This document shows, one piece after another, positions 1 to 8,959 of a stretch of DNA of 64,000 bases. The stretch's first letter is position 1. Each line of letters starts with the position of its first letter. Both the position numbers and the translations under genes were made by a program. The stretch comes from Clostridia bacterium. Its GTDB lineage: Bacteria; Bacillota; Clostridia; Christensenellales; SZUA-584. The DNA is taken from contig JABGQS010000013.1 of the NCBI GenBank assembly GCA_018648645.1, positions 2,994 through 66,993 on the forward strand, written 5' to 3'. The notes beneath the pieces are model-generated. The model worked only from the letters and a program-made list of their open reading frames with translations, ran no database searches and was not told the DNA's origin.

Positions 1-827
1 CGCAAGGCAATTTGGATGTGCGTGTGCGCTCGAAGCACAGCAACGAAATTGGCGTGCTGGCAGAAAGCTTGAACCAGCTGTCGAGCAATTTGCAAAGCAC
101 AATAGGCGAGCTGGAAGGGGCGAATATTAAGCTGCAGGGCGATATTGACGAGAAGGAAAAGCAAGAGCAGATACGGCGAGAGTTTACCGCCAACGTGTCG
201 CACGATCTAAAAACGCCGCTGGGTGTGATGCGCTGTTATCTTGAGCTGTTGCGCGATGATATTGAGCCGACTAAAAAGGATGCGTATTTTGACATCATGC
301 AAGGCGAAATCGACAAAATGAACAAGATGATTATGCAGATGCTGCAGCTTGCCAAAGCGGAATCCAGAGACACGCAGCTTAATAAAACTAAAGTGGATAT
401 CGAAGGCGTGATGCGCGATGCAGCCGCGATATTTGAGCCGCAAATGCAAGAGAAGCAGCTTACGCTAAGTGTGGGCGGGCGGTTTGAGCGGATGTACGCG
501 GATGAGCAAAGGATGGAGCAGGTCGCTGTGAATCTTATAGGTAACGCAGCGGAATATGCGCTGCCCGGTACACAGATTGAGATTGTTGGTGAAGTGACAA
601 ATGGTGTGTGCAGGGTTTGCGTTGCGAACCGGTGCGAGCCGATATCGCAAGAGCAGGCGGATGAGCTGTTTAAGCGGTTTCACACCTTGGACAAATCGAG
701 AAACATGCGGGGGACCGGTCTTGGGCTTGCTATATGTGCAGCGATATTCGAGCTGCACAAGATAAATTATGGCGTGACAAGCGAAAAAGAGCGCATTTCG
801 TTTTGGTTTGAGTACAGCGCGATATAA
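1..827 (+). CDS. Sensor histidine kinase, C-terminal portion (5' end lies upstream of the window)
   Basis: The frame is open from the window edge; the listed ORF 12..827 only starts at an internal TTG. HAMP-like helix EIGVLAESLNQL, H-box FTANVSHDLKTPL, ATPase G-box GTGLGLAICAAI. Confidence 0.85.
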   Translation, partial: QGNLDVRVRSKHSNEIGVLAESLNQLSSNLQSTIGELEGANIKLQGDIDEKEKQEQIRREFTANVSHDLKTPLGVMRCYLELLRDDIEPTKKDAYFDIMQGEIDKMNKMIMQMLQLAKAESRDTQLNKTKVDIEGVMRDAAAIFEPQMQEKQLTLSVGGRFERMYADEQRMEQVAVNLIGNAAEYALPGTQIEIVGEVTNGVCRVCVANRCEPISQEQADELFKRFHTLDKSRNMRGTGLGLAICAAIFELHKINYGVTSEKERISFWFEYSAI

Positions 828-867
828 CGGGCATTCAGAATATTGCTGTTACTCCAAACCGGCAAGG

Positions 868-944
868 GAACACTAAGGTGTTTGTTTCCTTTCACTAGCT
901 ATACCAATAAAAAGTGCTCTGCAAAACGGGGTACTTTTTTTATA
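868..944 (+). repeat. Copy 1 of a ~75-bp duplicated intergenic module (small hairpin plus terminator-like hairpin)
   Basis: ACACtAAGGTGTTTGTT ... AAAAAGTGCTCTGCAAAAcGGgGTaCTTTTT. A near-identical module recurs at 1852..1927. Confidence 0.7.
909..941 (+). terminator. Rho-independent terminator after the partial histidine kinase
   Basis: Arms AAAAAGTGCTC / GGGGTACTTTTT pair if G-U is allowed, followed by a run of T. Confidence 0.55.
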
Positions 945-1036
945 GCGGGTGAGTGCCATTGAGCCTTGACAGCCTATCCATATGAGCCTATGATGTTACT
1001 GTGCAACCAATAGTTTTGGGAAAGGAGTACAGTACC

Positions 1037-1768
1037 ATGATGACATGTAAACGATACACTCTGAGCACGTGTTTGAGTATAAGGAAGGTTAATTTCGGGA
1101 GAGTGATAATAACCGTAACCCTGGCAGTTGTTCTCGCCTTGACATTGCTCGGTTGCAGCGCGCAGCCCACCCAGACGAGCGTTGCTGCAACAACCCAGAC
1201 GAGCGAAGTTGCAACAACCCAGACGAGCGCGGCTGCAGCAACGCAAACGAGCACCGTGACCGACAAATTGAATGCTATCGTTGTGCCGACTTTTCCTCCC
1301 GATATTCCGGGCTACCTAGAGGTCGATCCCGACACCGGGCTTCACATGACGGGCACGCCGACAGAGGTCGATTTTGACAACTACAGACTCAAGGTGAGCG
1401 GCAGCGTGAATAATGAACTGAGCCTGACCTACGACGAATTGCGTCTTATGCCAAAGGTAACTGCTACCCCGATATTGGAGTGTCCAAGGACCTTCGTGGA
1501 TACTTTTACATGGTCCGGGGTATCGCTTAAGGCGATCCTCGAGATGGCGCAGGTGCAAGATGGGGCAACCAGAGTCGTCATGAAGGGCGCCGATGGTTAT
1601 TCGGCTTCGATAAATCTTGAGGATGCTTTAGCTACCAAGAACTTCTTGGCGTACGAATTCGAGGGAGCAACTCTGCCGGTACTGGCGGGCTTTCCGCTTC
1701 GGGCAGTATTTCCGGGTGAGCCCGGCTACCGCTGGGTAAAGTGGATTTTAGAGATTGTGGTGGAATAG
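1037..1768 (+). CDS. Lipoprotein with a short sulfite-oxidase-family molybdopterin-binding (Oxidored_molyb-like) domain
   Basis: AAGGAG RBS at 1022-1027, then ATG at 1037 (the listed ORF starts at an upstream GTG). Signal peptide with lipobox LTLLGC. Thr/Ala-rich TQTS repeat linker. C-terminal domain ...LECPRTFVDTFTWSGVSL...GFPLRAVFPGEPGYRWVKW, typical of YedY/MsrP-type Mo domains. Confidence 0.75.
   Translation: MMTCKRYTLSTCLSIRKVNFGRVIITVTLAVVLALTLLGCSAQPTQTSVAATTQTSEVATTQTSAAAATQTSTVTDKLNAIVVPTFPPDIPGYLEVDPDTGLHMTGTPTEVDFDNYRLKVSGSVNNELSLTYDELRLMPKVTATPILECPRTFVDTFTWSGVSLKAILEMAQVQDGATRVVMKGADGYSASINLEDALATKNFLAYEFEGATLPVLAGFPLRAVFPGEPGYRWVKWILEIVVE
1169..1252 (+). repeat. In-frame 24-bp tandem repeat (about 4 units) encoding the TQTSxxAx linker
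   Basis: ACCCAGACGAGC recurs at 1169, 1193 and 1217, with a degenerate ACGCAAACGAGC at 1241. Confidence 0.85.
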
Positions 1769-1851
1769 GTGGGAAATTAGGAAGGTCGGTTTCCTCGCTC
1801 CGCATTGCGGTTGGATTATAGCAAATATATAGCGACCCAAAATCTAAGAAG

Positions 1852-1927
1852 AAACACAAAGGTGTTTGTTACCAATCGTCAGCTCCGGCAAAAAAAGTGC
1901 TCTGCAAAATGGAGTGCTTTTTATATA
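1852..1927 (+). repeat. Copy 2 of the duplicated intergenic module
   Basis: ACACaAAGGTGTTTGTT ... AAAAAAGTGCTCTGCAAAAtGGaGTgCTTTTT. Compare 868..944. Confidence 0.7.
1892..1922 (+). terminator. Rho-independent terminator after the Mo-domain lipoprotein gene
   Basis: Arms AAAAAGTGCTC / GAGTGCTTTTT (two G-U pairs) with a T-run, located between convergent genes. Confidence 0.55.
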
Positions 1928-2017
1928 GTGTGCGAGAGTAAGTGAGTTGAATATGAGGTAATCGAGGCTTGACTCACCAGAGATGCGTGATGAAGAGCGC
2001 TTGCGAATATCGCGATA

Positions 2018-3499
2018 TTACAACTTGCCTTTTCGCACTTGCATCCAAAACGTAATCCCATCTGCTTGGTTTTGCACACCGTATCCGCTGCCATCAGCTT
2101 CTTGTATTGCTTTAACAATCGAAAGCCCAAGCCCATGTCCTCCAAGGTTGCGATCTCTCGATTGGTCAACCTTATAAAAGCTATCCCATAGCTTTGGCAA
2201 CTCCTCATCCGGAATGTGACTGCAAGTATTAAACACTTCAATTCGCACATTTTGGTCAGTTTGCGTCATGCGAATACTGATCGTTTTTTGATCATCAACA
2301 TACTTAATTGCGTTATTAACGTAATTGGACAAAACGATATCCACTTTCTGCTGATCTGCAATAACCATTGTTGGCTCTATGGGTTCAAAACTAAACTGAA
2401 TGGACTCTTGCTCAACTCTCTGCTGATACTTTTCTTTTAGACTCCTTATGAATGAAACAATTTCAAATTCAGCCGGATTGAGCACAACATCACCAAATCT
2501 AATTCTGTTGATATCCAGCAAATCGGTGATTAATCTATTCATTTTTTCTGTTTCATCTATAATCACATCGCAATAGTAATCAACCTTATCAAGGTCTTTG
2601 GCGACGTTCGACTTCAAACCGTCTGCATAACTTTGCATCAATGTCAAAGGCGTTTTTAGCTCGTGAGAAACATTGTTGAGCAATTGCTTTCTGTTTTCAT
2701 CTATCTTGATTTTTTCCTTGATTTGATTTTCAAGTTCATTGTTGCGAACATTCAGCGTTCCGATTGCATTCTTTAAGGCGTTTGAAAGAACGTTAATCTT
2801 TTGCGCCAACTGTCCCATTTCGTCTTTAGATTCAACAGGGCACGTTGTTTCAAAATTAAGGTTGCTCAATTCTGTTGCCACTTTGTTCATGGTTATGAGC
2901 GGTCGTGTGAATTTGTTTGAAAGTATGTAAGCGAAAAGCATTCCCGCAAACAACAAAATGATACCGACAATCGGTGCGAATCTGTTTGTGGATACAATAC
3001 TGATTTCCGGCGGGATCAACCTGACCCGAAGGATAACATGATCGCCGTTATTAAGATTACCGATGACGTTCAGCGTTCTGGCGTCAAGTATAGAATCGTT
3101 TGCCCAGAAAAAGCTGACATTGTCATTGATCACTTCCTCCTGTTCTACTTCAAAAAAGGAGGGCAAAGTCTCTGGGTATGTTGGCAGCACTCCAAGTGTT
3201 TCAAGTGCGTCGTTGCTTATTAAATACTCCTTGCTTTGATATTGAAGATCTCCTTGTGAGTCAAGTATAAATACATCAACATTAAAACCTTTATTATACT
3301 TTTCAAATTCCTTGTAGATGCCATCGTATTCTGAGCGCTCAAGTTCATTGATATACCGATATTGATTGAGCAGCTTGTTCTTCGCGACCGCCATATATAT
3401 CGGTTCAAACAAAAGAGAGTAAGCACTCATAAAAAGAACGATAAGCAAAACGATGAGTACACCTATTTGTAGAAACAGTTTAATTCTTATAGATTTCAT
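2018..3499 (-). CDS. Sensor histidine kinase (two TM segments, extracytoplasmic domain, HAMP, HisKA, HATPase_c)
   Basis: H-box NNVSHELKTPLT, N-box LSNYVNNAIKY, G-box GGHGLGLSIV. The ATG overlaps the upstream regulator stop (ATGA). Confidence 0.9.
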   Translation of the reverse strand: MKSIRIKLFLQIGVLIVLLIVLFMSAYSLLFEPIYMAVAKNKLLNQYRYINELERSEYDGIYKEFEKYNKGFNVDVFILDSQGDLQYQSKEYLISNDALETLGVLPTYPETLPSFFEVEQEEVINDNVSFFWANDSILDARTLNVIGNLNNGDHVILRVRLIPPEISIVSTNRFAPIVGIILLFAGMLFAYILSNKFTRPLITMNKVATELSNLNFETTCPVESKDEMGQLAQKINVLSNALKNAIGTLNVRNNELENQIKEKIKIDENRKQLLNNVSHELKTPLTLMQSYADGLKSNVAKDLDKVDYYCDVIIDETEKMNRLITDLLDINRIRFGDVVLNPAEFEIVSFIRSLKEKYQQRVEQESIQFSFEPIEPTMVIADQQKVDIVLSNYVNNAIKYVDDQKTISIRMTQTDQNVRIEVFNTCSHIPDEELPKLWDSFYKVDQSRDRNLGGHGLGLSIVKAIQEADGSGYGVQNQADGITFWMQVRKGKL

Positions 3500-4182
3500 T
3501 GCGTGTCCTCGCCGGCTTTAAATTTATACCCCGATTTTGGAACCGTTTTGATATATATGCTCGCCTTACTTAGTTTTGACCTAAGCCGGTTAATGGTTGT
3601 ATCAACGGTTCGGTCTGTACCATCATATTCGTAGCTCCAAATATTATCCAGCAGCCTCTCTCTGCTTAAAGCCACATTTTCGTGTTTGATCATATACATG
3701 AGCAGCTTAAGCTCAGTGCTGCTAAGCGTTATCGGAACATCGTCAACTGTCAAGCTTTGCTCTTTTACATAAATACGAAGGCTGCCGCGCTGTATGTAAT
3801 CCTTCTCGGGATTGCCGTACACTCGGGTATACAGCGCGTTCACTCTGGCAACCAAAATGCTTGCCTTAAACGGCTTTTTGATATACTCGTCCGCGCCTCG
3901 GCCAAACCCTGTCAGCTCGTCCGGTTCCTCGGTCTTTGCCGTAAGCATAATGATTGGCAGATCGCTGCGTTTTCTTATCTTGCTGCAGACCTCGAATCCG
4001 CTCATATACGGCATCATGACATCGAGGATAACTATTTTTATGGTTGGGTCGGACTCGAATATATCGAAAGCTTCTCGCCCGTCAGCTGCCTCGACAACTT
4101 CATATCCTTCCAGCGTCAGGAAATCAGAGATAACCGACCTGATTCTGCCTTCATCATCCGCAACCAATATCTTTTTGCACAT
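3496..4182 (-). CDS. OmpR-family response regulator
   Basis: Receiver domain KILVADDEG...ILDVMMP...LTAK, and a winged-helix C-terminus ...TVDTTINRLRSKL. I chose the internal ATG at 4182 because it follows GAGGTG; the listed ORF extends to 4242. Confidence 0.9.
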   Translation of the reverse strand: MCKKILVADDEGRIRSVISDFLTLEGYEVVEAADGREAFDIFESDPTIKIVILDVMMPYMSGFEVCSKIRKRSDLPIIMLTAKTEEPDELTGFGRGADEYIKKPFKASILVARVNALYTRVYGNPEKDYIQRGSLRIYVKEQSLTVDDVPITLSSTELKLLMYMIKHENVALSRERLLDNIWSYEYDGTDRTVDTTINRLRSKLSKASIYIKTVPKSGYKFKAGEDTQ

Positions 4183-4344
4183 CTCACACCTCTGTTTACA
4201 GACTAAGATATCCTTCTTTTTATCAATTATATCACAATACAAGTATTTTGTTACGGCTGTTATATTTTTGTGACAACTTTTTTATAAGCTATATCCATAA
4301 TCGATAAGATTAAATTTTGAGTCAGTAAATAAAGGGAGTAGAAA

Positions 4345-5730
4345 ATGAGAAATAAGAAAGAAAAGAAGAAGAAGTCAACTAGCCATATAGTATGGATAAT
4401 AGTAGCATGTGCACTATTTGTGTCAACTATTTGTATAGCTTTCTTCGCGTACATCGAGCCGAGATTACCCGGTGGGCCTCCACATTTTGATTTAGCCGAA
4501 GCTGAAAATAGACAACAATTATATGACAGACATGACGACTTTGAATTGTTGGATATTAATGATGATAATTATTTATCAGTAGATGAGTATTATGGCTTAC
4601 AAAAGATGTTCGATGATATGGATGTAAATGGTGATGGTTTGCTATCATGGGAAGAAGCCAAATATATGATGACATTTGTTGAAATTGAAGCAGGGACATT
4701 TACATTTGGAACAGACGAGGAATTTGCAGCATTCAAGGACCCGCCGGGAGATCAAGGTCCGGCCAGCGAGATTTATTTAGACACATATTTAATGGCTAAG
4801 ACAGAACTAACGATTGCACAATATGTGATGTATTTGAATTCTGCTTTAGAAGCCGGACAAATCGATGTTGTGTTGGGCGACATGATGATCGCAGATAAGA
4901 GATTTAACCGCGCCGTTCCTACATGGGAAATTCATGGTGCAGAGGGTACTACATATGAAGGAATGGTATTTACTAAACTTGTTCAAATGGGCGCGCTATC
5001 TCATAATGCGAATGAAGTGAGTGGAAAGCTGATTCCCGAGAGCCCGTATAATCAGTCGTGGATTAATTATCACGAACCAACAAACAGTTTTTATTCGGAC
5101 CCGGGCATGGAAGAAATGCCGGCTGCATATATGTATTGGTGGGGAGCAATGGCTTTTGCTGAGTACTACGAACTGTCAGTTCCGACAGAAGCAGAATGGG
5201 AAAAAGCTGCTAAAGGCGGTTTAGATTACGATTATGCGACAGTTGACGGTACTAATGCAGCCGACGTTTTGAACTACGGATGCTACAATGCACAGAATTC
5301 ACTATTCTATAGCGGTGTTGATACTCCGGAAGAATATGTTGGCTTCAGGCTGCCGGTTGGCTGCTATGAACCAAACCCATATGGCGTTTACGACATGTCG
5401 GGAAATGTTTGGGAATGGACGATGGATTGGTATAATACAGACTTTCATCAATACCTTATTGATGAAGGCATTACTAAAAATCCATTAAGCCTTGTTGGTG
5501 ATATAGGAATAGAGCCTACACAATACTTCATGGGCGACGAAGTTAAGGGAGGGCCATCGGTTCCGTTATCACATGATTCAATTGTAACAAGAGGCGGAAG
5601 TTATAACTATGGTGGTGGAGTGCAAAGAACCGAATGGAGAATGCCAACATACCAATTTATTGGAAACGACCATTTCGGAACAAGATTTGTTATACGGCCG
5701 GCTACAACAGAGTTTAACGAAAAAGAATAA
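4345..5730 (+). CDS. Membrane-anchored protein with two EF-hand Ca2+ loops and an FGE-sulfatase (SUMF1/formylglycine-generating-enzyme-like) domain
   Basis: AAGGGAG RBS. N-terminal Lys-rich stretch plus a TM helix. Canonical 12-residue loops DINDDNYLSVDE and DVNGDGLLSWEE. FGE-type motifs YGVYDMSGNVWEWTMDWY and RGGSYNY...HFGTRFV. Confidence 0.8.
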   Translation: MRNKKEKKKKSTSHIVWIIVACALFVSTICIAFFAYIEPRLPGGPPHFDLAEAENRQQLYDRHDDFELLDINDDNYLSVDEYYGLQKMFDDMDVNGDGLLSWEEAKYMMTFVEIEAGTFTFGTDEEFAAFKDPPGDQGPASEIYLDTYLMAKTELTIAQYVMYLNSALEAGQIDVVLGDMMIADKRFNRAVPTWEIHGAEGTTYEGMVFTKLVQMGALSHNANEVSGKLIPESPYNQSWINYHEPTNSFYSDPGMEEMPAAYMYWWGAMAFAEYYELSVPTEAEWEKAAKGGLDYDYATVDGTNAADVLNYGCYNAQNSLFYSGVDTPEEYVGFRLPVGCYEPNPYGVYDMSGNVWEWTMDWYNTDFHQYLIDEGITKNPLSLVGDIGIEPTQYFMGDEVKGGPSVPLSHDSIVTRGGSYNYGGGVQRTEWRMPTYQFIGNDHFGTRFVIRPATTEFNEKE

Positions 5731-5768
5731 AACCTGCCGCCGAGAAGACAAGCAACGGAGGAGTAATC

Positions 5769-6116
5769 ATGAAAAGAACAATTGTAACCATTGCAGCTAT
5801 CGTGTTGATAATCGTGCTGGCAATAACGCTGCCCAACATTATGCCGGGCATTGGTACATACACGCAGGATAAACCTGCCGGATTTTTTTCCGGGGTTTGG
5901 CACGGATGGATAGCGCCGGTATCGCTCGTATTTGGAATATTCAACAGCGACATTACGATTTATGAAACGATGAATACGGGTTGGTGGTACAGCTTCGGTT
6001 TCTATATAGCAATCATAAGCGGGTTTGGCGGCATTACACTGTTTAGACGCCCAAGAAAGCTTGTAGCGCAAGAAAGCGGCAGCCAAGAAGACAATAGCGA
6101 AACCCCTGAAAGCTAA
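5769..6116 (+). CDS. Small integral membrane protein (3 predicted TM helices), unknown function
   Basis: GGAGGAG RBS 6 nt upstream. Hydrophobic segments IVTIAAIVLIIVLAITL, WIAPVSLVFGIF and FGFYIAIISGFGGITLF. Acidic C-terminal tail. Confidence 0.6.
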   Translation: MKRTIVTIAAIVLIIVLAITLPNIMPGIGTYTQDKPAGFFSGVWHGWIAPVSLVFGIFNSDITIYETMNTGWWYSFGFYIAIISGFGGITLFRRPRKLVAQESGSQEDNSETPES

Positions 6117-6382
6117 ACGGTGTTTTTATCAATCGGCGCAACGTATCGCAGCTAAAAGGGAGCAGACCAAATAATGAGAAGCGCTCATTTGCTATGGTGG
6201 GTGGCATTGCCGAGTTGATTGTTTTCAACAGCCGCTTATCCACCACGGCGGGTGGGTCGCAGGACGCCTGCTGACAGAACAACTGTCTTTATAGGCAGAC
6301 GGAGCAAGAGTAAAAGATAGGTATCGGTATAATCGAAAGCGAATCGTTTTCGTTATATAAATTAAATTTGGAGGTATTAACT

Positions 6383-6928
6383 ATGTCTAAGGAAATGAAG
6401 GATCTTAGAAAACAAACGCTGCTGCTGGGGCTATGCTTTATCATCGTCGGAATTATACTAGTCAGCATACCGGAGATCACCCTCGCAACGATCGCCATCA
6501 TTGTGGGTATCGCGGCAGCAATCGTCGGTATTGTGAGAGTGGTTGGCTATTTTGTCAAGAAAAATGACGGAGAGGAAAGACCGTCGCTTGCCGGTGGACT
6601 TTTGCTGATTGCACTAGCAATTTTCATATTCACAAAACCCGGATTGATTACAACAATTCTGTATATCATACTTGGATTTGCGATTATTGCCAATGGTGTA
6701 ACGAAGCTGCAGGCCGGCATTACTATGAAGCGTCAAGCCAATAAATACTGGGTTGTGGTACTTATATCCGCCTTGGTTACAATTGCGCTTGGGTTCATTG
6801 TATTGTTTGGCGCATGGGGACCGGCCACACTGATTATTCTGATTGGCATCTTCATGATTATCGGCGGTGTGTTGGATGTAATCGCGGCACTGTTTTTGAA
6901 AAGTGCAGCAAAGAAGATCGAGGAATAA
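6383..6928 (+). CDS. HdeD/DUF308-like membrane protein (6 TM helices)
   Basis: GGAGG RBS, then ATG at 6383. Repeated Gly/Ile-rich helix pairs typical of DUF308. Confidence 0.65.
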   Translation: MSKEMKDLRKQTLLLGLCFIIVGIILVSIPEITLATIAIIVGIAAAIVGIVRVVGYFVKKNDGEERPSLAGGLLLIALAIFIFTKPGLITTILYIILGFAIIANGVTKLQAGITMKRQANKYWVVVLISALVTIALGFIVLFGAWGPATLIILIGIFMIIGGVLDVIAALFLKSAAKKIEE

Positions 6929-6995
6929 CCGACCTATTAAGCTGACGCGTTGCTTTGAAAGAGCGCAACGAAACAAAGAGTGGCATATGCTCACA

Positions 6996-7045
6996 AACTC
7001 CGCACGGTATCTGTTATGACGATGCTGTGCGGAGTTTTTATTATT
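6996..7045 (+). terminator. Rho-independent terminator
   Basis: AACTCCGCAC (6996-7005) pairs with GTGCGGAGTT (7027-7036), followed by TTTTATTATTT. Confidence 0.7.
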
Positions 7046-7106
7046 TGACTTTTATCATAACAAAAAATATAATAAATCATAATCAGTTAAACGAAGGAGT
7101 TTTACC

Positions 7107-7367
7107 ATGGAGCTAAAAAACATAAGCGAATCTATTGAAGTTAAAGTTTATCATATTACACCGGAGATGAAGGTACCTCTGCACGACCACAAAGATAAAG
7201 ACGAAATATTTTATTGCATCAAAGGCTCCGGTTTTGGAGTATTGTCAGACTCGCAAGTGGAGTTGACCGTAGGGAAAGCTTTTATCGTGCGTGCCGGCAA
7301 GATGCATTCGCTTAGAACTGATGACAATTTACATGTTACTTCTTTTATTGTTCCCGTAGTGGACTAA
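7107..7367 (+). CDS. Small cupin-domain protein
   Basis: GAAGGAG RBS. Cupin motif region PLHDHKDKDEIFYCIKGSG...GKMHSL. Confidence 0.7.
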   Translation: MELKNISESIEVKVYHITPEMKVPLHDHKDKDEIFYCIKGSGFGVLSDSQVELTVGKAFIVRAGKMHSLRTDDNLHVTSFIVPVVD

Positions 7368-7757
7368 AGATTGTAATAATCTAAATGAATACATTTTAGT
7401 GCTCATCAGAGTAAACTACAAATAATTGATAATATGATTAACGCATTATATTAAATGTGTTTCACGTGTTTGCTAATGTTCATTTGCGGATTTGTCACTC
7501 TATGTAATTAACAATGTTTCCAAATCCGTCAAAGTTCGCAAAAGAGTTTCTCCTTTGGAAAAACTTCAAAAATGCAAGCTAAATTGAATAACCCCCTTTT
7601 TTTGTAAACATAAAAAGTAACATATTTGATAACACGTTGTAATCCTTTTACTGTTGCATTAACCGCCAAACTATAATATACTCATTCTAATTGAAAAATT
7701 GTTAGTAACGAATAAAAAAGTGCACTCATTTTTTATCAAATATAAGGAGAAATAAAC

Positions 7758-8906
7758 ATGAACTATTTTTTAACTGAAGAACAGGAAATGATACAAGAAC
7801 TCGCCGCGAAAATCGCGGACGAGAAGATAACGCCGGTTGCCATTGAATATGATGAGAAGGGCACGTTCCCTCACGACATCATTAAAATATTAGCGGATAG
7901 CGACCTTTGCGGTGTGTATATCGAAGAGCAGTACGGCGGCCTTGGCGGCGGCATCATGGAAATGTCGCTGGTTGTAGAGCAGCTAAGCCGTGCGTGTGGC
8001 GGCATAGCGCTGGCGTTTGCCGGCACAGGTCTTGGCACATTCCCGATCATACTCTTTGGCAACGAAGAGCAGAAGAAAAAGTATCTCCCCGATATCGCAT
8101 CTGGCAAAAAGCTTGCAGCGTTTGGCTTGACCGAAGCTAACGCGGGCAGCGACGCAGCGGGTGTCGAAACCACAGCCGTTCTTGACGGAGACGAATACAT
8201 CCTTAACGGCACAAAAATGTGGATCACCAACGGTGGCGAGGCCGATATCTACTCGGTTATTGCGTGCACCGACAGAGAACTTGGACCAAGAGGCTTTTCC
8301 GCGTTTATCGTAGAGAAAGACACGCCCGGTTTCACGTTCGGCAAAAAAGAAGACAAAATGGGCATACGCGCTTCTGCCACGGTCGAGCTCGTGTTCGAGG
8401 ATTGCCGTATACCAAAAGAAAACCTGCTCGCGAACGAAGGCATGGGCTTTATCGTTGCTATGAAGACGCTCGACCGGACACGTCCGGGCGTTGCGGCGCA
8501 GGCACTGGGCATAGCGCAGGGCGCGCTTGACGCGGCAGCAAAGTACTCAAAGGAAAGAGAGCAGTTTGGCTCGACCATTTCCACCTTCCAGGCAGTTCAG
8601 CATATGTTGGCGGACATGGCAATACAAATCGAAGCGAGCAGAGCGCTCGTATACCAGACTTGCAGACACGTCGATTCGGGCGCAAAACGCATCTCCAAAG
8701 AGTCGGCGATGTGTAAGGTAATGGCGTCTGACACAGCAATGAAGGTCACAGTCGACGCAGTGCAGGTCATGGGCGGATACGGATACATGAAGGAGTTCCC
8801 TGTCGAGAAAATGATGCGTGACGCGAAGATTACGCAGATCTACGAAGGAACCAACCAGATACAGCGCAATATTATCGCACTTGAAGTGCTGAAAAAATAT
8901 CGCTAG
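7758..8906 (+). CDS. Acyl-CoA dehydrogenase (butyryl-CoA dehydrogenase / CarC-like)
   Basis: AAGGAG RBS. Motifs GLTEANAGSDA, MWITNGGEAD, and C-terminal QIYEGTNQIQR with the catalytic Glu region. Confidence 0.9.
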   Translation: MNYFLTEEQEMIQELAAKIADEKITPVAIEYDEKGTFPHDIIKILADSDLCGVYIEEQYGGLGGGIMEMSLVVEQLSRACGGIALAFAGTGLGTFPIILFGNEEQKKKYLPDIASGKKLAAFGLTEANAGSDAAGVETTAVLDGDEYILNGTKMWITNGGEADIYSVIACTDRELGPRGFSAFIVEKDTPGFTFGKKEDKMGIRASATVELVFEDCRIPKENLLANEGMGFIVAMKTLDRTRPGVAAQALGIAQGALDAAAKYSKEREQFGSTISTFQAVQHMLADMAIQIEASRALVYQTCRHVDSGAKRISKESAMCKVMASDTAMKVTVDAVQVMGGYGYMKEFPVEKMMRDAKITQIYEGTNQIQRNIIALEVLKKYR

Positions 8907-8927
8907 ACGCTGGCAAAATAACAAATA

Positions 8928-8959
8928 AACGACGGCTTCATAACATTGGAGCCGTCGTT
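8928..8959 (+). other. 10-bp perfect stem-loop between the acyl-CoA dehydrogenase and etfB, with no T-run
   Basis: AACGACGGCT (8928-8937) and AGCCGTCGTT (8950-8959) with a 12-nt loop. Followed by AAAGTTTG rather than a U-tract. Confidence 0.6.

Noticed and set aside
1169-1252. Regularly spaced 24-bp repeats (also at 44683-44778) that could superficially suggest a CRISPR-like or minisatellite array.
   Set aside because: The units are contiguous with no spacers. They are in frame inside ORFs that have lipoprotein signal peptides, and they encode linker peptides. No cas genes are present.
7368-7757. A Rex operator upstream of the acyl-CoA dehydrogenase-etf operon.
   Set aside because: Only isolated half-site-like strings occur (TTAACAA at about 7510; TTGTTAGTAACGAA at about 7700). 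Neither has a matching inverted partner.
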